From an uncultured Bacilli bacterium (lineage in GTDB: Bacteria; Bacillota_I; Bacilli_A; RF39; UBA660): DNA of 38,029 nucleotides. The stretch's first letter is position 1. The number at the start of each line of letters is the position of its first letter. This document shows positions 16,909-25,232 of the stretch, piece by piece. The translations under genes were made by a program, and so were the position numbers. Location of the stretch: NCBI GenBank assembly GCA_944332155.1, contig CALVJM010000002.1, positions 1 to 38,029 of the forward strand, read 5' to 3'. The notes beneath the pieces are model-generated. The model worked only from the letters and a program-made list of their open reading frames with translations. It did no database searches and was not told the origin of the DNA.

Positions 16909-18487
16909 AAATACGTAATTTAAACGTTTTTGGAGCAAAACGATAAACTAAGATTAATGATATAAAACAATATAAAATACTAAAAATAATGGTCATTAAT
17001 CCGAAGATAAAAATAGGCATTTTAATTTGTAACATATAATAACAAGCAAAATAAGTAATAGCATTCACTACAGTATAAGTACTACTTTTTAATTCACTAT
17101 GAACATTATAAGGTTGTAATAAGTAATACATCACTAAATGATGGACAGAGAAGAAAATACTCATAGCAATAATGGAAAAGAATAATAAAGGATATTCTAA
17201 CCACTCAGTTGTTCCACCACTCATATACAATAAGAATACTAATCCAGTCGCAATGACTAAAGCTGGTAATAAGTTAATCACAATCACACTTTTTAAACGT
17301 TCACGAAATAAATTGAGAATAACTTTAGGTTCACGATAAAATCCATAAGTTAACATGCTGTGATCACAATTCATAAACATTGCTTGACTGACTACTTGGC
17401 CACGGTTAATGATATACATCACAAAAACAAAGTATGGAAGTGCAATTAATAATGCTCTATTTATCATTTTTGCAAGTGGTGGATTCACCCATAAAGCAAG
17501 ACTCACAATGATTATAATTACTAGAGAGATGAGAGCTGTTTTTTTCGCTGAACGAAGAAGTAGCTTACTGTGACGCTTCACAAACAAATCGTTGAAATAA
17601 GCATAACCATGTTTTGTACTTGTAATATCGGTATGAATATCCATTTGCTTCATCATTTGTTCGCGTTGTACATCTACCGTATTGGTTTTATAACTTGCCA
17701 TGTTCATATTACCTTCTGTTAAAATACGTTTATATACTTCACGATAATATTTAAAGTAATGAAGGTAACTTATTCCAAAGATAGATATCAAAATAAAGAG
17801 AGACATGCAAATAAGTGTCAACCACCATGGAAGAACAATATTAATATAAGGCAATCCATAAGTAAATAGTAGACAGATACCCACAAAAATCCAAATTCCC
17901 TTTGCCGGATGATTTTCATCGGTAATAATACCATATTTTTCATATTTCTTTAAGAAATATATATTAGCAAGCATTTTCACACTAACAATAAAAACGGGAA
18001 TGACGAAAGCAATCCAGAGTGGAAGATGAATTAAATGACCAAAGAAAAGAATCAAAGGAATAAAACCAACAAAAACAGTAAACATTCGATAATAAAAATC
18101 TGATAAAGTATACATACGAGCATCTAAACGCATTGTAAACATCGCATAATATTTATCCTTAGTAGGATTGAACATATAAGTATTCATAAATGCCCCAGCT
18201 AAGGTAAGAAATAAGAAGAAATGAAGAAATAAATCAATTTTTGAAACAGAATATAAAGGTAGTAAAGAAAAGATAACTAACCAAACATATAAAAACTTTC
18301 CTAAAAAGATAGACATTAATTCCATAATAACACTAACAATAGTGCCTAACACTTTTAGAATTTTGTTACTATATAAAGTATCTTTTAATAATTTTTTTAA
18401 AATAGGAAATTGTTTTATAGAGTAAATAAATGTATTGGTTCGATATGCATTTTTTATTTTAAATGCTTCTATAAAAGTAGAAACCAT
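16907..18487 (-). CDS. polytopic membrane protein, putative permease partner of the upstream ABC ATPase
   Basis: About 12 hydrophobic segments. SD GGAGG. It starts 1 nt after the ABC ATPase stop. Confidence 0.45.
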   Translation of the reverse strand: MVSTFIEAFKIKNAYRTNTFIYSIKQFPILKKLLKDTLYSNKILKVLGTIVSVIMELMSIFLGKFLYVWLVIFSLLPLYSVSKIDLFLHFFLFLTLAGAFMNTYMFNPTKDKYYAMFTMRLDARMYTLSDFYYRMFTVFVGFIPLILFFGHLIHLPLWIAFVIPVFIVSVKMLANIYFLKKYEKYGIITDENHPAKGIWIFVGICLLFTYGLPYINIVLPWWLTLICMSLFILISIFGISYLHYFKYYREVYKRILTEGNMNMASYKTNTVDVQREQMMKQMDIHTDITSTKHGYAYFNDLFVKRHSKLLLRSAKKTALISLVIIIIVSLALWVNPPLAKMINRALLIALPYFVFVMYIINRGQVVSQAMFMNCDHSMLTYGFYREPKVILNLFRERLKSVIVINLLPALVIATGLVFLLYMSGGTTEWLEYPLLFFSIIAMSIFFSVHHLVMYYLLQPYNVHSELKSSTYTVVNAITYFACYYMLQIKMPIFIFGLMTIIFSILYCFISLILVYRFAPKTFKLRI

Positions 18488-18488
18488 G

Positions 18489-19187
18489 TTATTCTTCCTC
18501 CGTTAAAGCCCCAATAATTTTATCTTTCATTTCTTTATCACTAATATTATTACGATCAATTTCTTCTAGTTTACCATGATTTAAAATAACAATCTCATCG
18601 CATAAACTTAAAGCCAGTTCCATAATATGTGTAGAAAAAATAATAATATGATCTTTCTTAATACTCTTTAACATTTGTTTCATTTCTTCAGCAACTACAA
18701 CATCTAAAGACGTTAATGGTTCATCCAATAACAAAATCTTAGGATTAGCAATAATATTTACCAACATCTGCATCTTATTTTTCATTCCATATGAATAATC
18801 TTTTAATAATTTATCACGATCTTCTACTTCAATATGCATAAAATCAAAGTATTCATCAATACTTTTTAAATCTTTTATCTCTTTTTGATTAATTTCTAAA
18901 AAGAATTTTAAAAACTCACGCCCTGTTAAAAATTCAGGTACATTAGGTGTAGATAAAACATATCCAATATCTGATAAGGTAACTTCTTTTTGAGACTCAT
19001 CTTCCAACAAAAAAGTACCGCTATCAAAGAGAATATCCTTATTTAAACAATTAAAGAATGTCGTTTTTCCTGCTCCATTACGTCCTAATAAACCATAAAT
19101 TTTACCTTGTTCGAAAGTAAAATTTATATCCGTTAAAACTTGTTTCTGATCAAACTTTTTCGTTAAATCTTTCACTATTAACCTCAT
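18489..19187 (-). CDS. ABC transporter ATP-binding protein
   Basis: Walker A GRNGAGKTT, signature YSYGMKNKM (degenerate LSGGQ), and Walker B ILLLDEP. The start is trimmed to MRLIVKDL after SD AGGAG. Confidence 0.85.
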   Translation of the reverse strand: MRLIVKDLTKKFDQKQVLTDINFTFEQGKIYGLLGRNGAGKTTFFNCLNKDILFDSGTFLLEDESQKEVTLSDIGYVLSTPNVPEFLTGREFLKFFLEINQKEIKDLKSIDEYFDFMHIEVEDRDKLLKDYSYGMKNKMQMLVNIIANPKILLLDEPLTSLDVVVAEEMKQMLKSIKKDHIIIFSTHIMELALSLCDEIVILNHGKLEEIDRNNISDKEMKDKIIGALTEEE

Positions 19188-19220
19188 GATAAAACTCCTA
19201 TCTATTAGGAATATTATATC

Positions 19221-19247
19221 AAAAAAAGATATGAAATCATATCTTTT
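19221..19247 (-). terminator. rho-independent terminator of hsp20, followed by an extended -10 (TGATATAAT) for the ABC operon
   Basis: The minus strand reads AAAAGATATGA-tt-TCATATCTTTT plus a T run. TGATATAAT lies at about 19212-19220. Confidence 0.6.
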
Positions 19248-19626
19248 AGTCAATATTAATTAATTTCTTTGTTTCTTTTTTAGTTTCTTTTGGAAGTGTA
19301 ATCTTTAAAATACCATCTTTAAAACTTGCTTTAATATCCTCTTCATTAACTTCACCGACATAAAAACGACGAACTATTTTCCCAGAGAAGCGTTCACGAC
19401 GAATAAATTTCTTATTTTCGTCTTTTTCTTCTTTCTCTTCGTTCTTAGAAGCGGTAATAGTTAAATATCCATGATCACATTCGATCTGAATATCATCCTT
19501 ATGAACACCTGGTACTTCTGCTTCAATGTGGAAGATGCCATCCTTTTCATAAACATCACACTTCATGGTATCTAATTCACTATCTCCCATAAAACTATCA
19601 AAGATGTTATCTAAACTTGGTAACAT
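19246..19626 (-). CDS. Hsp20/alpha-crystallin family small heat-shock protein
   Basis: Alpha-crystallin domain: DVYEKDGIFHIEAEVPGVHKDDIQIE..LTITA....RRERFSGKIVRRFYV....I.ASFKDGILKITLPK. SD AAGGAGG. Confidence 0.9.
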   Translation of the reverse strand: MLPSLDNIFDSFMGDSELDTMKCDVYEKDGIFHIEAEVPGVHKDDIQIECDHGYLTITASKNEEKEEKDENKKFIRRERFSGKIVRRFYVGEVNEEDIKASFKDGILKITLPKETKKETKKLINID

Positions 19627-19671
19627 AATTTCATCCTCCTTTACGATTACACTTACATTGTAGCACTATCT

Positions 19672-19698
19672 TTAGCACTTGTCAAGAATGAGTGCTAA
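19672..19698. promoter_or_regulatory. CIRCE element (HrcA operator) downstream of the hsp20 promoter
   Basis: TTAGCACTT-N9-GAGTGCTAA compared with the consensus TTAGCACTC-N9-GAGTGCTAA. It sits immediately downstream of minus-strand TTGTCA-16/17-TAATAT. Confidence 0.8.
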
Positions 19699-19768
19699 AA
19701 TATTACAATTTTTTTAACTATTGACAAAAATATACAAAATAACGTAAGATAATATTGGAGGGTAGATT

Positions 19769-20452
19769 ATGGAGTATAAAATTATTGGACAAACAGTCCC
19801 AGCAGTAGAAATGACATTAAGACAAGGAGAAGTTGTATATACACAAAGTGGTGGTATGACCTATCAAACAGAAGGTATTCAGATGAAGACCAATGCTCGT
19901 GGTGGTGTGTTAAAAAGTTTAGGTCGAGCTTTTTCTGGAGAGTCTATTTTTATGGCTCATTATTCAGCAGAAACTGATGGTGCTAAAATCGCATTTTCAA
20001 CTACCGTTCCTGGTAGTATCGTTCCTGTGAATATGGCCGATCTTCCCAATGGATTAATCATCCAAAAAGGATCTTTCTTATGTGCAGAAAATACCGTAAG
20101 TACACAAGTAACTTTCACTAAAAAATTTAGTTCAGGTCTCTTTGGAGGAGAAGGATTTATTTTACAAAAAGCAACTGGTTCAGGACTTCTATTCTTAGAA
20201 GTAGATGGTGATATGATAACGATGACTTTACAACCTGGAGAAACCATTAAGGTAGATACAGGAAATGTGGTAGCCTTTGAAAATAGTGTTTCTTATCAAA
20301 TAGAAACGGTAAAAGGTCTTGGAAATATCTTTCTGGGTGGAGAAGGCTTATTCCTTACCAAACTAGTAGGTCCTGGAAGGGTAATCTTACAAACTCAAAA
20401 CTTTGGAGACTTTGTCGGACGTATTGTACCATTTTTACCAAGTAAAAACTAA
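19769..20452 (+). CDS. AIM24/DUF124 family protein (TIGR00266)
   Basis: MEYKIIGQTVPAVEMTL..GE.VYTQSGGM, GEGFILQKATGSG and GEGLFLTKLVGPGRV are typical of this family. SD GGAGGG. Confidence 0.75.
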   Translation: MEYKIIGQTVPAVEMTLRQGEVVYTQSGGMTYQTEGIQMKTNARGGVLKSLGRAFSGESIFMAHYSAETDGAKIAFSTTVPGSIVPVNMADLPNGLIIQKGSFLCAENTVSTQVTFTKKFSSGLFGGEGFILQKATGSGLLFLEVDGDMITMTLQPGETIKVDTGNVVAFENSVSYQIETVKGLGNIFLGGEGLFLTKLVGPGRVILQTQNFGDFVGRIVPFLPSKN

Positions 20453-20475
20453 ACATCCAACTGTTTAGTTTTTTT
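20448..20475 (+). terminator. rho-independent terminator
   Basis: ACTAAACA-TCCAAC-TGTTTAGT followed by a T7 run. Confidence 0.65.
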
Positions 20476-20493
20476 GATTCGTTAAATATAAGT

Positions 20494-21452
20494 TTAACAT
20501 AGTAACCATGTATAATAAATGATAAATAACAATAACATAATAAATCCTTCTTTTTTACTAATAATGCGTTCACTACGAGCAAATACAAACAACAAAAAGG
20601 AAGAAAGTAATACCATACCAATATCAATAAGACCAAATCCAGTTAATAAAACATCACCATAAAATAAAATTGGTAATCCTAATACAATACATATATTAAA
20701 AATATTCGTTCCTACTATATTTCCAATAGCCATATCAAACTCACCCTTACGTGCACTCGTAACCGTCATAACCATTTCTGGTAAACTAGTTCCTACTACA
20801 ATCACCAGCATGGTTATTATTTTCTCACTAATATGGAATGCATAGGCAAGCTTTTCGGCTTGTTTCACAATTACATCACTACTAATCGCAATGAAGATAA
20901 TAGATAATATCAACAATAAACAAGCAATAAAAGGAGAATATTTGATAGAAGTATTATTGGAGTTATCACCTTGTTTTTCTTTGTGAAACAACATACATAT
21001 TAAATAAAACAAAAAGATTCCAAATACTAATAACAGCACTAAAGCATCTGCTTTTGAAAAAGTATCTTTCGTAAAAGGATTAAATAACCGATCTAACATT
21101 AATATAGAGAACACAGAAGTAACTAAAGTTAATAATGGTAATTCTTTTTTGATGGTTGCGTGCTTAACTTTAATAGGTTTTAAAAAACTAGCAAGCCAAT
21201 AATTAAAAGAATATTTACTACACAACTTCCAATCACATTGGCAAACCCAATAACGCCGTTCCCTTGACTTAAGCTTTGAAAGGAAATGGCAACTTCAGGC
21301 GCACTTGTACCAAAAGAAACAATCGTTAAAGCAATTAGCATCTTTGGGATTCTTAATTTTAATGCAATCGATGAAGTGGCATCTACTAATACATCTGATG
21401 CTTTTAAAATAACCACAAATCCTAATAATAAGATGATCATATCCAAAATCAT
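20494..21452 (-). pseudogene. CaCA-family (YrbG-like) Na+/Ca2+ antiporter gene interrupted by a single frameshift
   Basis: The N-terminal ORF (alpha-1 repeat GTSAPE ... ANVIGSCVVNILLIIGL) and the C-terminal ORF (alpha-2 repeat GTSLPE ... GNIVGTNIFNICIVLGL) are in different frames and overlap at 21180-21225. Joining IIGL to ASFLKPIKV restores a typical protein of about 318 aa if 1 nt is added near 21193-21196. Confidence 0.6.
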
Positions 21453-21537
21453 AGTACCACTTCCTATCTACTTTATTTTGAACCAATGTTTATTTTTTAA
21501 ACAATCTATTATCATTATAACAAGAAATTATACATAA

Positions 21538-21570
21538 ATAAAAACAACTTGACACTAAAAGTATCAAGTT
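21538..21570 (-). terminator. rho-independent terminator after the MazG-like gene
   Basis: The minus strand reads AACTTGA-loop-TCAAGTT followed by GTTTTTATTT. Confidence 0.5.
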
Positions 21571-21597
21571 ATACATCTTATTTATTATTACTTTAGT

Positions 21598-21924
21598 TTA
21601 CTTTTCAATAACCTTTTCAAGTAATAAACGTTTTTGAAATCCACCATTTCTTTGTTTTTTTCGGTCAGCTTCCTCTATAATATCTTCTAAACGAAAACCA
21701 TTATATTCAGCCATCGCTCTAATAAGTTCTAGTTTATCAGCTAGTTCTTCTTTTCTTTCTGCCAAAGATTCAGCTTTCTTTACTTCTTCTAACTCTTCTA
21801 TATCTTTTTTTAGTAAATATTCCCAATATTCTTCATCATTTAATACTCGCACAATCGGTTCTCCATCACGAGAACGAATTATATCCGGAATATGATCGCG
21901 AACTAATTTATCATATTTTTGCAT
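21598..21924 (-). CDS. all-alpha NTP pyrophosphohydrolase, MazG/PRA-PH-like (COG4997-type)
   Basis: The N-terminus KLVRDHIPDII, the acidic pairs EELEE and EELADKLE, and a C-terminal KR..GGF are typical of this small house-cleaning NTPase family. SD GGTGGTGA. Confidence 0.6.
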   Translation of the reverse strand: MQKYDKLVRDHIPDIIRSRDGEPIVRVLNDEEYWEYLLKKDIEELEEVKKAESLAERKEELADKLELIRAMAEYNGFRLEDIIEEADRKKQRNGGFQKRLLLEKVIEK

Positions 21925-21944
21925 AATTGTTTCACCACCAATTA

Positions 21945-22481
21945 TTATTCTTCAGTTTCATAATAATAAGATGTTTCTACACCTTTAAAATAAGTTTCTA
22001 AACTTAAATCATCCGTTAAATTATTTTCTATTAAAGTTTTAATTTCTAATGTATTAATTGGACTTCTCTCCATTGCTTGTAAATAAAGCGTTTTATCTAT
22101 ATTTTTCCAATTAACGATTTTATTCAAATTCTTCTTTAAAATTAAATCTAACCAAATTCTTGTACTACGACCATTACCTTCCAAAAAAGGGTGGGCAATA
22201 TTCATCTCAACATATTTATCAATAATTTCATCTAATGTTGATTCACTCATCGTCTCAATTTTTTTTAACATATCCTCTAAATATAGTGGGTTAGCGAAGC
22301 GAAAGTTTCCTTTAGAAATATTTTTTTCACGAATGAATCCGGCAAAATCGTATAATCCATCAAACAAATATTTATGAATCTGTTGTAATCCTTTCACAGT
22401 TCCAACTTCTATATGATTAATATCCCCACTAGAAAATAAATTCTTTGCTTTTTCTAAACTTTTTTCATCGATTTTATTCAT
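21945..22481 (-). CDS. fic: class III Fic-domain AMP transferase (NmFic-like)
   Basis: Fic motif [12 protein letters not shown]. It is near-collinear with Neisseria NmFic as I remember that sequence ([48 protein letters not shown]). The C-terminal SYYYET corresponds to the autoinhibitory (S/T)xxxE(G/N) motif. The start is trimmed to the ATG after SD AGGTGA. Confidence 0.9.
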   Translation of the reverse strand: MNKIDEKSLEKAKNLFSSGDINHIEVGTVKGLQQIHKYLFDGLYDFAGFIREKNISKGNFRFANPLYLEDMLKKIETMSESTLDEIIDKYVEMNIAHPFLEGNGRSTRIWLDLILKKNLNKIVNWKNIDKTLYLQAMERSPINTLEIKTLIENNLTDDLSLETYFKGVETSYYYETEE

Positions 22482-22499
22482 AGTATTCACCTATATAAA

Positions 22500-22522
22500 C
22501 AAAAAAAGTCATGAATGACTTT
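22500..22522 (-). terminator. short hairpin plus T run directly after tRNA-Trp
   Basis: The minus strand reads AAAGTCA-TTCA-TGACTTT followed by T8. It lies only about 7 nt upstream of the fic SD. Confidence 0.45.
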
Positions 22523-22543
22523 ATAATAACTATAACAATAATA

Positions 22544-22619
22544 TGGCAGGGGAAGCAGGATTTGAACCCACGACATTTGGTTTTGGAGACCAACGTTCTA
22601 CCAACTGAACTATTCCCCT
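22544..22619 (-). tRNA. tRNA-Trp (anticodon CCA)
   Basis: Acceptor stem AGGGGAA/TTCCCCT, D arm GTTC-AGTTGGTA-GAAC, anticodon stem TTGGT/ACCAA with loop CTCCAAA, T arm GTGGG-TTCAAAT-CCTGC (two G.U pairs, resembling B. subtilis tRNA-Trp), discriminator G, and an encoded CCA. Confidence 0.85.
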
Positions 22620-22638
22620 ATAAGTCATTACATGCATG

Positions 22639-22667
22639 ATTATAGCATATAATGACTTAGATTTCAA
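22639..22667 (-). promoter_or_regulatory. sigma-A type promoter for tRNA-Trp
   Basis: The minus strand reads TTGAAA, 17 nt, TATAAT, about 20 nt upstream of the mature 5' end. Confidence 0.6.
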
Positions 22668-22684
22668 TACACATGTATAATTAT

Positions 22685-23317
22685 TTATATTTTTTGAATA
22701 CTAATTAAACTAAAAGTTTCATCAAAAACTAATTTAAAGAGTTCAGGCGAATGCCATTTTCCTGAAATAACTAATTGATCATGATAATAAATATCAAATT
22801 GTTTGTCTTGTTTATTTAACCTCATATCACACCACACACTTAATAGTGCTTTTATTGATACACCATGACTAACTATCGCAATATTTTTACCTTTTTGTTG
22901 ACTTAATATATCGTCAAATACTTGCTTAATACGTTTTTTACAATCGTTAAAAGATTCTCCATTACCAAGTTTGTAATCCCAATTTTCCCATTGACGATAA
23001 GAAAAATAAGGAGGAAGCTCACTTCGATATTGGATACCAATTTTTCTTTCTCCTAATCGTTCATCTACATTTATTTTTAAATGATTCTGTCTAGCAATCC
23101 ATTTAGCAGTAGATATTGCACGTGTATAATGGGAAGAATAAATAACATCTAAGTGTGATAATAACGGATTCATACTTAGTTGTTCGGCTTTTTTCTCTCC
23201 TTCAATACTTAAACACGTTTTCTCGTTACTAATTTGTTCTATTTCAGTCGCTAAATACTGTTGAAACTCACCTTTCATAGCTTCTGAATGACGAATAAGA
23301 TATACTGTTGTTTTCAT
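22685..23317 (-). CDS. histidine phosphatase (phosphoglycerate mutase-like) family protein
   Basis: VYLIRHSEA (RHG-type motif) and IVSHGVSIKAL. The ATG directly follows the TAG stop of the upstream dehydrogenase. Confidence 0.8.
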   Translation of the reverse strand: MKTTVYLIRHSEAMKGEFQQYLATEIEQISNEKTCLSIEGEKKAEQLSMNPLLSHLDVIYSSHYTRAISTAKWIARQNHLKINVDERLGERKIGIQYRSELPPYFSYRQWENWDYKLGNGESFNDCKKRIKQVFDDILSQQKGKNIAIVSHGVSIKALLSVWCDMRLNKQDKQFDIYYHDQLVISGKWHSPELFKLVFDETFSLISIQKI

Positions 23318-24343
23318 CTATTTATTTGGATTAACTAAAATCTTAACTGCACTATCTTTTCCGCTAGCTAAACGTTCATAAGCATGTTGTACGTCATCTA
23401 AGCCAACAATATCATCAACAAATTTCATAACATCTATTTGCTTATTAGCAATTAAATCAATACATGTTTGGAATTCTTCTTTTGTATAAGCAATTGCACC
23501 TTTCATAGTAACTTCACTCATAACTGCCATTACGGTTGGAATCGCAATTGGTTCGGTAGCAACTCCTACTAATACAATTAATCCACCAGGACGTGTAGCC
23601 ATAATTGCACTGGTAACTGCTGGAGCATTTCCACAACATTCGATGACAATATCAAATCCACCTTGTGTATCTTGCATTACTTGTGTTAAAAAGTCTTGAC
23701 TAGTGGCATCATAATATTTATCTGCAACTTGTAAATTTATTGCTTTTTTACCACGTAATGGGTTTGTTTCACTAACTGCAACAAAACTTGCACCTTCTTT
23801 TTTAGCAAACATGGCAGACACTAAACCTATAATTCCTCCACCAACTACAAGTACTTTATCTCCTACCTTAATATCTGCAAGATGAATCGCATGTAATCCT
23901 ACGGCTGTTGGTTCTACCATTGCCCCTTCTTCATCACTCATCGTATCTGGTACTTTCATAACCATGTCTGGTCGAAGAGTAATCTTAGGTGCTAAACCTC
24001 CTGGATTATCTACTGATAAACCTGTCGCATGCGCCCATGTTTCACGGCAATATTGTGGGTTACCAGTTGTACATGCATGACATTTTCCACATGGAGAAAT
24101 TGGTAAAGCTGTTACTCGATCTCCAACTTTCAAATCTGTTCTTACACCTGGATTTGTAACAACTCCACAAAATTCATGTCCTAATATAACACCTTTTGGT
24201 TGACCTGAAGTCCATGAATGTAAATCTGAACCACAAATACCAGACATACGAACATCAACTAATACTTTTCCATCTCGTGCTTCTGGTTCTGGAATATCTT
24301 TTATTATTAACTTTTCTTTGTCTTCTAGTGCAACGCACTTCAT
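23318..24343 (-). CDS. zinc-dependent medium-chain alcohol/polyol dehydrogenase
   Basis: GICGSDLH, GHEFCGVV, the structural-zinc cysteines CGKCHACTTGNPQYC, and the Rossmann motif VVGGGIIG. SD GAGGTGA. Confidence 0.85.
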   Translation of the reverse strand: MKCVALEDKEKLIIKDIPEPEARDGKVLVDVRMSGICGSDLHSWTSGQPKGVILGHEFCGVVTNPGVRTDLKVGDRVTALPISPCGKCHACTTGNPQYCRETWAHATGLSVDNPGGLAPKITLRPDMVMKVPDTMSDEEGAMVEPTAVGLHAIHLADIKVGDKVLVVGGGIIGLVSAMFAKKEGASFVAVSETNPLRGKKAINLQVADKYYDATSQDFLTQVMQDTQGGFDIVIECCGNAPAVTSAIMATRPGGLIVLVGVATEPIAIPTVMAVMSEVTMKGAIAYTKEEFQTCIDLIANKQIDVMKFVDDIVGLDDVQHAYERLASGKDSAVKILVNPNK

Positions 24344-24457
24344 ATTATCACCTCTATTCTTATTCTAACACAAAATAAAAAAATTGTTTAAAATAGTTCT
24401 TAAGGTTTACATTGAAAAGACATTTTGATATACTTTTGATTAGACAGGAGAGATTAT

Positions 24458-25075
24458 ATGCAAGAATTTATTATACAAATTATGAATCAATTTGGATATT
24501 TTGGTATCTTTTTCTTAATCGCATTAGAGAATATTTTCCCACCAATTCCATCTGAAGTAATTTTACTATTTGGGGGATTTATGACCACTTATACCAAATT
24601 AAATTTATTTGGTGTTGTTATAGCTTCTACTCTTGGTTCATTACTTGGGGCGATTGCGCTTTATTTTGTAGGAAAAATACTAAATAAAGAACGTCTTAAA
24701 AAGATTGTAAACGGTAAAATTGGAAAAGTATTACGTTTAAAAGCTAGTGATATTGATAAAGCAGATCACTGGTTTGATACCAAAGGAAATAAGACTGTAT
24801 TCTTTTGTCGTTTTATCCCTATTGTTCGTAGCTTAATCTCTATTCCAGCAGGTATGAGTGAAATGCCAATGGGAAAATTTTTACTATATACAACAACTGG
24901 TACACTAATATGGAATACTGTTCTATCTTTATTAGGAAATAAAGTAGGAGAAAATTGGGAAGACATTTTACTTATTTTTGAAAACTATTCCCATATTGTA
25001 GCTATTGTTTTAGTTATCATATTCCTTGTAGGCATTTACTACTTTTATCATAAGAAACTAAAAAAACAACATTAG
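24458..25075 (+). CDS. DedA family membrane protein
   Basis: FGYFGIFFLIALENIFPPIPSEVILLFGG and FCRFIPIVRSLISIPAGM are canonical DedA motifs. Confidence 0.85.
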   Translation: MQEFIIQIMNQFGYFGIFFLIALENIFPPIPSEVILLFGGFMTTYTKLNLFGVVIASTLGSLLGAIALYFVGKILNKERLKKIVNGKIGKVLRLKASDIDKADHWFDTKGNKTVFFCRFIPIVRSLISIPAGMSEMPMGKFLLYTTTGTLIWNTVLSLLGNKVGENWEDILLIFENYSHIVAIVLVIIFLVGIYYFYHKKLKKQH

Positions 25076-25113
25076 ACAAATAAGTATAAATATTCACTTA
25101 TTTGTCTTTTTTT
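25075..25113 (+). terminator. rho-independent terminator
   Basis: GACAAATAAGT-loop-ACTTATTTGTC (11-bp stem) followed by T7. Confidence 0.75.
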
Positions 25114-25232
25114 AATCATTAAACCTTAGAAAAAACAATAATCATATACAGTTTGTTATATGTATTGTATTATTTGAATAATTTGACAAAAATAAACTTT
25201 TGTTTATTATACAATTGAAAAAGGAGGAAAAA

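Noticed and set aside
20355-20636. 93-aa minus-strand ORF bridging the AIM24 gene's 3' end and the antiporter's 3' end
   Set aside because: It overlaps two better-supported genes and a terminator. Its translation is hydrophobic junk and it has no SD.
21476-21485. Possible att-like direct repeat of the tRNA-Trp 3' half (TTTGAACC) at the far end of the fic/mazG-like islet
   Set aside because: The match is only 8 nt. About one such match is expected by chance in a window this size, and no integrase is present.
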